This document shows positions 49,953 through 58,887 of a DNA stretch of 58,887 bases, in pieces (position 1 is the first letter of the stretch; the number at the start of each line of letters is the position of its first letter). This DNA comes from Craspedostauros australis (Eukaryota). The stretch covers positions 1 to 58,887 of the forward strand of contig JALAGF010004180.1 in the NCBI GenBank assembly GCA_030167865.1, in the 5' to 3' direction. Below the pieces are notes generated by a model, which was given only the letters and a program-made list of their open reading frames with translations, was not told where the DNA came from and did not search any database. The translations under genes were made by a program, and so were the position numbers.

Positions 49953-52260
49953 ATGACAGGCGTCAAGCAACTCGACCCGCTACGTGACTTCCTCGGGGCT
50001 GTCGTCGACAGGATCGAGGCATTGGAGAGCCACTGCGGCATCTCCTCTGCGTCGGCTCCGGTCTCCAGCGGCAGCAACCATGCCAATGCCCAAGCATTGC
50101 AGCGCACTCCCTCCGTCAAGCACATTTCCGGTTCAGGTGAGCATCCCAGGACTCTGCACCGCGCCATTGTGTTTGTGGGTGGCAGTATTGCGTTGGCGCC
50201 ACCTTCTCTGCCAGCTCTTACGACAACGCCAGTTACAAAGGGCGCCACGGAGTGCACTACTCGTGCATTGTTCTCGTGGCAGTGCTCGATCCTGGCCCAC
50301 CATCCGGGCCCCCCGGATGCCGCATGACGCTGTGGCTGTTGGTCCTCTGTGTTCGGCTCTGCCTTTGTGACCTTCGCATCCGGTTTTTGCCACGGGCTGG
50401 CTTCCGTGTTCTCTTCGTTCTGTGCGCTGTCGACTCCGTGTGTTTCTCGTCGCATCTCACACTTAGAGCTATCCCAAACCCTCACAATGCAATGCATCCA
50501 ACAACGATCAATACACAACGTGACGGAACATGCCACTGATGAATTGGTTCACGACGACATCCGCAACAACAACAACAACAACAACAACAACACGACCATG
50601 GTGGAAAACGACAATGCAAAAATCGTCACAACGGCAACACGGAAATGCAACAGCCGAGACACCATCCCTGAAGGCCTACGACAAGTTCTTGTCGCAGACT
50701 GTGTACAAGGTCGCGGATGCCTGCGATGATTTGGAAGGTCTTGAGGACACCGGCAAGCTCCTCTTGGATGCCTTCGAGGGACTCCGACTGGTCATCGTCG
50801 TCAGCACACGTGCCAAGGCACCATCAGAGGATCTGACTCTCGCCTTGACTCCGCTCCTCAAGGGCACCCAGGACGCCATCAAGGCGATCCGTGCCCAGCG
50901 GTTGGATCGCAAGTTCGACAATCACATCAAGGCCATCATGGAGATGCTCACCTGCGTCTCATGGGTGTACTACAAGCCACCCCAAAGCCTCCCAGCTGCA
51001 TTCGTCAAGGAGTGCGTGGGATCGAGCGACTTTTGGAGCAACAAGATCCGCAAGGAGTTCAAGGGCAAGGACGACAAGCAGATTGCATTCTGTGATGCGC
51101 TCAAGAACATCATGCTGGATTTGGCGGAATACATCCAGGAGCACCACAAGACGGGACTCACATTTAACCCCAAGGGCGTCAGTATCGCGGAGGCTCAGGT
51201 CGTTCTTTCTGATGACCCCATCACGGTTGCCGCCGCGACAGCTGCTGGAAAGGGCAAGGCTGGACAGCGCAAGTCGTCCGTCGGCAACACTGTCATGGGT
51301 GGCAATATGCTCGGTCTCGTGAGCGAGCTCACCAACCGCAAGAGTTCCGACGGTTCTTCTGCTGCCACTGGTCTCAAGCACGTAAGTCTTGCTTGCGCCT
51401 GGGTCATATCTGCTTGGGTCGTATGCCAATCATCGTTCAATCTCGCGGAACTATGAAATGTGTTTAAGCCGATGGCAGCTGCACGACTCTGTGTGTGTGA
51501 CGGCATCTTGTACTACTCTGGTACAGCCACGATGTCCGACAAGAATCTCACCATGATGGCAATCTGTATACTCGTGCTCGCATACTCGTTCATGTTGTCA
51601 CGCACCACTGATCACTGACCACAACAACTACAGGTCACCAAGGACCAGCAAACATGGCGCAAGGAGTTCAAGAAGGATGGTGGGGCACCTGCCAAACCAA
51701 AGACCGTCATCAAATCGGCACCTAAGAAGCCAGCCAAGAAGAAGCCAACCGGGCTTCCAATTCTCGAGTACCAGGAACGCGGAATGAAGTGGGTCGTGGA
51801 GAACCAGACCAAGGAATCCGCGTTGAAGGACGGCGAGAACGGCGTCCTGGTCATCGACATCACCGACGTCAAGCAGCAGGTATACATTTACAACTGCGAG
51901 GAAGTCACCATCAAAATCAACGGAGCCAAATTCAAGTCCCTCATCCTCGACAATTGCACCAAGGTCAATGCCATCTTCGATACCATCATCAGCGGCTGTG
52001 AGCTGGTCAACAGCAAGAAGGTCGCCGTCCAGGTCGACGGCGTTTGCCCCGCATTCACGATCGACAAGACTATCGGCGTGACGTTGTGGCTGAGCGCAGA
52101 GACGCAGAAGATCACCAGCATCGCCGCCAGCATGAGCTCCGAAATGAATGTCAGCATCCCAGATGGCGATGACAGGAAGGAGATGCCCATCCCAGAACAG
52201 TTCGTCCACAAGCTGACCGACGGCACGCTCAAGAGCGAAGTCTCTGACCTGTACCATTAG
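49953..52260 (+). CDS. CAP: Adenylyl cyclase-associated protein CAP/Srv2 (exons 49953..50136, 50654..51381, 51634..52260; 512 aa)
   Basis: N-terminal VVDRIEALE coiled-coil motif. Helical domain NHIKAI.E...SWV...P..FVKE...SSDFWSNKIRKEFK...YIQEHHKTGLTFN. WH2-like GLKH|VTKDQQT. CARP KWVVENQ..KQQVYIYNC..SSEMNV..EMPIPEQF. Both introns are GT..CAG and frame-consistent. Confidence 0.95.
50564..50591. repeat. (CAA)n microsatellite in CAP intron 1
   Basis: CAA run; a similar run lies at ~4792-4812 in the intron of LRR gene 1. Confidence 0.9.
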
Positions 52261-53365
52261 ACGCCACGAAAGATCGTGGAGCGGAATGGAGAATTTCACA
52301 ACGGCTGTCTGCGCACGAACCATGGAAGAAGGACGGAAGACGAGAGTTGCGAACAATATGCACAAATAGGGCGCAGCCATGAGTGATCTACCGTGTGATC
52401 ATGAGCGCCGGTGGCAACATCGAAGCATAAAGTAATCTCTAGAGAGAGAGAGAGTGATCGAATGAGAGAAAGTGTGATTTCATCAAGTCGAAATCGAATC
52501 TCTCCAATCGATAGATCTTGACAGTATTCGGACATCATACCAAGCCAGCAGCAACGCGCATTGATTCTCTCTCAAGAATACCACTGTGCAATTGCGACGC
52601 AACTCTTCGTTGCCATAGTCGTAGCATGTTGTCCAGTTGCTCGTACTTTGATCTTGCTTTTCCTCTTGATTCGATGTATTAGAATCCTTGCTCTGTTTGT
52701 GTGGTGGCTAAATTAATCGAACGGCGGTTGATGGAAGGTCGATTTGAAAACAGAATCTGCGCAACAGCACAGGACAACAACAGAACAGGCAAAAACGGCA
52801 ATCATCCGTGTGCCATTCGCCGAACAAAGATACTCTGCACGCTCCCAACACGAGAGACAACACAACAAGCTGCCATCCCATCATTTCATCGTGAGGACTG
52901 GCATTCATTTGACCCGGCGGTATGCTTGCACGTGGACTCCGACAAAGTCTTCGCACTCTGCTCAAGAAGACAATGAATGAACCAAGGATAGCGGAGAGCC
53001 AGGGCACTCCAGTCCTGCTGTGCCAGCCCGTTGCCCGCATCAATCACACTGAAGATGACGGCGCAGTGCAGCCTCGGGTGGAAGTTTGGAATGCCTGTGA
53101 TGACCTTCGATGTTGCGCACAGCGCGTTGCCATTTCGCAAGCATCGAGACCTGGGCAAGATCGTGCGGGGCAGCAACCAGGTGGAGGAACATCCGACTTT
53201 GTCATCCTGGAGGAAATCGTGCTCTGCAATCGTCAATCAAGACAGAACACGACCAAGCCGAAATACAGCAAGCAACGTGCGAGGAGCGCCGCCGTCGCCA
53301 CGGTCAACAAAGACTCGAAACAGCCGCAGGACGATAAACGCCGTCGTCAGCCAAAGGCCATCAAG

Positions 53366-55012
53366 ATGATCGATTCAAGCTCCGATGATGACGACGACTT
53401 GTACAGTGGCTATGGTCTCAATTTTCGCAAGTCTGTCTCCGCGAATGCTAGACCAACTGCGCCTTCTCTGTCCAAATCCCGGACTCTGCGAGATGGTGAA
53501 GATCGTTCTGAGGCGATCAAGACATCCCGAGCTGTTGGACAAGATGGCGACAATGTCGTTCGAAACAGCAGAATCGGCTTGTGGAAGAGTCCAAATGAGA
53601 GTTCAAGTGAGGGTGAAAATAAAAGAGAAAAAGAGTCAGCACTTGTGATGGTACCGGGCACAACCAACGGCGACCGACGGAATCCTCCGTCTCGCAATGC
53701 CAAAAGGAACGTGATCCTTAGCGACGAGTCCAACGATGATGAGTTTGCACCAACGAGTACCCGCAACAACGCCAATTTCAGCAACAAAAGTGATGCACCC
53801 GGCCCCAGCTGGTATGACACAAGCGATGATGACGACTACAACAGCAACAATAACGACAACAGCAGCAGCAGCAGTGATCGAAGTTCGCACTGCATGGGGA
53901 ATGAGCAGAGCACGAAGACAACGCGAGATGTCAAAGGGCCAAGGAGGAACGCAACGAGGGTGAATGCGCTGGAAGAGCGATCTGCCAACATCAGGCCGGC
54001 AGCACGCTCGTCCTTTTCAAAATACTCAGCCATCGATGATGAACTTTCCAATCTAGCCGACAAGGCGTTGCGAATCAGTGACAGCGGCAGTGACAGCGCT
54101 TACGATAGTAGCGACAGCAACGGCAGCAACAACAGTAGCAGCAGTGGTATTTCATTTGACAGTCATGACATCAGCATCCCCGGCGACAAGGAAAATGCCG
54201 ACAAACCAGCTTCGAAATCATTGCCAGCAAAGCCCGTGCCTGATGCGCCCAAGATGTCGCGCACGACATTCTTGAGGAGAAGAAAGGAGCTGACGACGGC
54301 TTCGTTTGCCGAGTTCAACAAGAAAGCATTCGCGGGAAGGCTGTCGGAAGTGGCCATCACGTGGTCTCCCAAGCTGAGAACGACGGCAGGTCTGACGCGA
54401 TTGCGCAGGAAGGTGTACAACATGTCGCCCGATGCCCCCGAAGAACGATCAGCTTCAATCGAGCTGAGCACGAAGGTTCTCGACGATTTGGAACGCTTGC
54501 GAGCAACGCTGTTGCATGAAATGGTTCACGCAGCTGCGTGGATCATCGATGCAGTCTCCAAACCACCCCACGGCGCATGCTTCAAAAAGTGGGCCAAAGT
54601 CGCGATGAAAGCTATTCCCGATATCCAAGTCACTACAACACACGGTTATGAGATCCAGTTCAAATACGCCTGGGCGTGTACGCAGGATGCGTGCAACTTC
54701 GTCGTGAAACGCCACAGCAGAAGTGTCGACATCCACAAGCACCTCTGCGGCAAGTGCTTGAGTAAGCTGGTTGAAGTCGATCCCAAGAGCCTAGTCAGCG
54801 CAACTCGGAACGGCATTGCCGATCCGCCAGTTCCCAAGAAGAAGCGTGCTCCGTCCGCGTACAACCTCTTCATCAAGGAGAATTCTCAAGCCGTCCGCAC
54901 TCGGTTGCTGCAATCCAAGCAAAAGCAAAATTCGCAGCCATGCCGTGTCACCCAGGCAGAAGTTATGAAAGAATGCGGACGGCTGTGGCGAATGCACAAG
55001 GAAAAGCAATAA
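53366..55012 (+). CDS. GCNA: GCNA/ACRC-like protein: acidic IDR + SprT metalloprotease + Zn finger + HMG box
   Basis: Likely ATG 53366 (MIDSSSDDDD). ITWSPKLRTTAG, IELSTKVLD, TLLHEMVHAAAW (HExxH at 54515), HGACFKKW, TTTHGYEI, C..C / RHSRS / CGKC, and HMG-like PSAYNLFIKEN...AEVMKECGRLW. Confidence 0.87.
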   Translation: MIDSSSDDDDDLYSGYGLNFRKSVSANARPTAPSLSKSRTLRDGEDRSEAIKTSRAVGQDGDNVVRNSRIGLWKSPNESSSEGENKREKESALVMVPGTTNGDRRNPPSRNAKRNVILSDESNDDEFAPTSTRNNANFSNKSDAPGPSWYDTSDDDDYNSNNNDNSSSSSDRSSHCMGNEQSTKTTRDVKGPRRNATRVNALEERSANIRPAARSSFSKYSAIDDELSNLADKALRISDSGSDSAYDSSDSNGSNNSSSSGISFDSHDISIPGDKENADKPASKSLPAKPVPDAPKMSRTTFLRRRKELTTASFAEFNKKAFAGRLSEVAITWSPKLRTTAGLTRLRRKVYNMSPDAPEERSASIELSTKVLDDLERLRATLLHEMVHAAAWIIDAVSKPPHGACFKKWAKVAMKAIPDIQVTTTHGYEIQFKYAWACTQDACNFVVKRHSRSVDIHKHLCGKCLSKLVEVDPKSLVSATRNGIADPPVPKKKRAPSAYNLFIKENSQAVRTRLLQSKQKQNSQPCRVTQAEVMKECGRLWRMHKEKQ

Positions 55013-55735
55013 ACCAACGATACTCGTGTAGTGGCTGTGTATTGGCAGGCTAGCTGTGCTTCTTGTCGTTCATCACGCATTCGCAGTTGTGCTCTTGCAC
55101 GCATTGTATAGTAGGCGATGATTGCAACGGTTGCTGAACTTTCTCCGGTTCGGTTCTCGTATGTACTCTGTGGCAAACTAAGATTGTCAGCTTGTGGAGT
55201 TGCAGGCAGGACCTTTACGAATATGGTTGTGGTGGTGCTTGTGCTTACATTCCACCAGAAATGCATTGGGCGAGTCCTGCTAGTTTATGAATCATTGGGA
55301 CTGAGTTTGCCATGGTTTGCACATACATATATATCTGAGTTGAGCCTGTGTGAATGTCTATGGAGCCATGGGTGTGCACACGTGAGAGATGCCTTGGCAT
55401 AGTAATGCGGGTCTCTCTCTCTCTAAATATATATATATAGATAGAGATGTCGATACAGGTGATGTTGGAAAATCCCTGGTCTCCTGGATCGTTCCGGTAT
55501 CAGTCGCTTTCGTCCATTGCCTCGGTGCATGCTCGCACGCTGACTTGGGCGCAAGGGCTATGCTGGTTTTAAGCGCATAGTCGTACTATTCGTCGTATGT
55601 TTGATACAGGTGGGGGTGAATTTCATCACGCTCGCTTTGCCCCCTCGTGCCATGCATGTCTTCTCTGTGCTCACATATGATGGATATGAAGAGGGGGTGG
55701 TGCGTCGCTACACTGCACGAGTATTGTGCCCCACT

Positions 55736-56845
55736 TTACTTGGCTTCAATTCCACTCTCTACCCTCTCGTGCGTCTCAGTTTCCTCATTCGACTTCGTGA
55801 TTGTTCCATCGGCATTCAATGAGTACGTGATGGTCTTTTCTTGACGAGGCGGCAATGGGTAGGCGGTTTTCGGTCGGATGACGATTGCAGCGATCGCGGC
55901 CAACAACCAAAAGACGGTTGCTGCGATGCTCATTCGAAATCCTGCCTCCCACTCACAGCCATCGCCATTCTCCGGAAAGGTCGATCGCAAGGTCGGTTGA
56001 GACCGTTCGAGGTACTGCAGCAATGGATTCTCTTCGCAAATGGAAGATTGGAGGATGAGCAACGTCAACCCCTGGCTGAAGGCAGCAATGAAGAAGCAAG
56101 CGATCACCAAGTGCCATGGGGTGGAGCTGGGATGCCTGGCACAGCCCGTGCAAGGTATGAAGATGGAAGCGATCCATGCCAACGCACCAACGACCGATCC
56201 AATGATAGCGAATGCCATGCACACCCTCCAATGGCTGTCAACTTTCATCGTGTATCCATCGTAGCGATCCTCAAATTCCGTGTAGCTGTAGCAATCGCTT
56301 GCGCACCAGCGGAAGTCATGGTAGGACTCTTCAAATTCTCGTGTTTTGTAGTAAAAGATGCCGGAGAATATCTTCGCATCGCCATCTCCTCCCGTCTGGG
56401 ATATGGACACGGTTTCGCAGTACACGTTCGATGCGACACCTGTGACTAGAGCAATCCCAGCCAATGCAGCCGGAATGAGCTGCATGTAGCTGGTATGGTG
56501 CAGTACATTTTATGTATTGTTGGTTTGAGATTGCAGGTCGGTGACAGCGAGATACGGACGAGACGATATGGTCCGGTACAGCGCGGTGCAGTTCGGTACA
56601 ATAGGGTGATGTGCGAACATGGTGTGGTGAGATTAGTTGCAGTTTCAAACAAGCCATTCACAGGAGCATTGATCCCCTGTCCTCTTCCAAGAGTCGCACC
56701 CGCACAAGTACGATTGTACGTAGGAGTGTTGGTAGTTGTGTGTCGATCTGGCATCAATCCGGCACCCATCCAACACAGAAATCAATCGCATCACAAGGCA
56801 TGCCTGCCATACTTACAATCGTCGCTTTTGTTCTTGTGCTGACAT
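55736..56845 (-). CDS. Four-TM membrane protein, claudin/Sur7-like topology (exons 56845..56817, 56489..55736)
   Basis: Four hydrophobic segments, with Cys in both predicted extracellular loops and CEWEAGFRMSIAATVFW before TM4. A phase-2 intron GTAAGT..ACCAG gives MSAQEQKRRFYMQLIP. Confidence 0.78.
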
Positions 56846-57614
56846 ACTACGAGTAATCCTGGCAATGTTCAATGGTAACGATGAGCAGTGGTGCGTGAGT
56901 GGGGAATTCAATGAGAGAGATGGAAATGGGTTGAGTTTGTGTTTGTGTTTGTGTTTTTGGTATTCCACTTTGTGGTAGAGGCTGGTTGTTCGATGGTGTT
57001 GCAGGCTGTGTTGCTGTCATCTTTGCTTCCTTTGCGGCAACAGCTGCTGCTGTTGTTGTTGTTGTTGTTGCCACCAACACAAGAAGGTGAGTGTCGACAC
57101 TTGCGAAGCGTGGGAGAAGTCGTGCTTCTCTTTCAGATTGATGTTTTAGTCGTGCTTGTTCCGGTTGGATTCGAACAGTCATCTCTCTCTCCGAAGATAC
57201 GACTACTCGTACCATGGTCTAATCTCATGGAGACCCTCGACGACCAACGATTCTGTCTTGTTATTTGCTTTGCTTTCTCTTATCCCTCTCTGGGCGGCAC
57301 TATGAGAGAACAGGAGTTGCACTACACTCGGCAGAACATATAGTATGTACCATACCAACACACAGCCGCGGACGTACTGGTGCGCCAAACACCTCAGCGA
57401 CATCAAGTTCGTCTCCATTCAAATAGTCTTCTGCCCCGACCTCCGCCTTTTTCCGAAGCTTGCTTGGTGGCGAACTTCTTTGGCACGTACGACCTGCACC
57501 AAATGCAGAATGGGTCACGATAACACTAGTTGTGGAGTTTTACTCGTGATGAGTCGTGATAAAGTAGACTAAAATAGAGCACACCCAAAACCATCCAAAC
57601 AACTGCTTATGATG

Positions 57615-57637
57615 NNNNNNNNNNNNNNNNNNNNNNN
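57615..57637. other. Assembly gap (23 N)
   Basis: Run of N; contiguity across it is not guaranteed. Confidence 0.99.
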
Positions 57638-58887
57638 TAAAATTAAAACTAGACAGTGCATTCGGACGCTTGGCTATCGCTTATTCTGAATATCGAAGTT
57701 AAATTTGTATGAACTTTATTTTTAATGTCCTTTTGGCTTGCTGTCAGTCAGGTGGTGGGTGTGAAAAATTCGGGGTGCCACCATGCTGCCCTACCTTCAG
57801 CACCCATGATCATCATTATCATCCCTGGCATTTTCACAATCTGTGCACCACATTGGCTCCGGATACTCCCCATCTATCCACTCCATGAAGATCCTGCGCA
57901 GATAGGCTCATCTCATACTCCAAACTGTCCCTGCACTGAAAAGCAGAAATTTCGAACACCCGATTCCGACGCGGATGCCGTTCGGATATGGATCTGTATC
58001 TCGTCAATACGATCCTTGCAGCTCCTCCACATGACCCTCATGCGTTCCCACATTCTCTGGCGACACACTGATGTGTTCAGAATGGGTGGGGCGCTCATAC
58101 CTCCAAAGGTACACCTCCATGTGATGATGTCATCATGCTGTTTTTCCGACACCCCAAAAACACCATTTTGTGTGCATCCCAGGCTGCAGCCTCTTCCAGA
58201 CCGTATCTGCGCAGGATACTTCGCCATGGCCATCTTGAGTTGATTTTGAACACATCTTGTATGAGTTGCTTGGCGATTTGGGTGACTTGTGAACGGCACC
58301 CATCACCACCGAAGTCATGTGATGTGTCTGCCGCCACCCACCAAAAAACTCTTGCCTGCCACTTGTTTCTTGCGGAGGGCACCTTCCAGGCCACCCCCGA
58401 CCCTCAAACTTCGTGTGCATCTTCATACCATCCTCCTGGATGCGTCTTGCCCATCAATAGTTGTTGGAATGGCCTGTGCATTCCAGGCAGAGGCCATGTC
58501 CAACGAGCAGATTTTGCTCGGAATCGTGTCGTGTGCGCGTGGGCCTGCCACGGCCCCAAATCGACCACTATGGCATCCCGCTCTCGCTAATCCACCAAAC
58601 TTTACATGGCGGTTCCGCCTATGCCCTCGGATCTTGCACTGGACCGCTGGTTGTGGCAGTGCCGTCGATGCCGTTCGACGGCGCTTGAGGAGTTTTGTTG
58701 TGTTTCTCCATTGTCGTGTTGTTGTGTTGTGTTTGGTGTTCTCAAACAGTTTTTGCTGTTGGGGGCCATGGAAATTAACCACAAATCTACCGAATGCGCT
58801 CATCAATGCGAACATTTTTCGAGTCCCGAATTGCGCCTCCATTCCACAACGACACAGCGGAGGCACAAAATCCTCCTCACAAAGTCG

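Noticed and set aside
26571-55012. CAND1, SNF2-RING and GCNA as a ubiquitin/DNA-repair gene cluster
   Set aside because: Interspersed with unrelated genes in mixed orientation; eukaryotic adjacency alone is weak evidence.
57725-58866. ORFs after the gap as protein-coding genes or a transposase
   Set aside because: No recognisable domain, and frames overlap inconsistently.

Overview
Eukaryotic nuclear DNA, most probably a diatom (inferred from GT-AG introns of about 200-720 bp, compact gene spacing and kinase-less inverted-topology LRR membrane proteins). I can support 13 protein-coding genes, eight of them reconstructed across introns by hand: two tandem giant Ser-rich/TM/LRR receptor-like genes (the first runs off the 5' end), an SMP-C2 extended-synaptotagmin-like gene, an RRM + RlmM/FtsJ-like methyltransferase, a mitochondrial carrier, CAND1, an unknown Cys-rich single-pass protein, a Rad5/SHPRH-like SNF2-RING helicase, a signal-peptide JmjC oxygenase, a disordered unknown protein, CAP/Srv2, a GCNA-like SprT-HMG protein and a four-TM protein. 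An assembly gap and a CpG-poor non-coding tail end the window. The standout observation is an intact-looking Costars/ABRACL actin-related domain inside the predicted cytoplasmic part of the second LRR membrane protein, a candidate link from an extracellular LRR to actin. No rRNA, tRNA, CRISPR or clear transposase was recognised. All family calls come from motif recognition by eye, not database searches.
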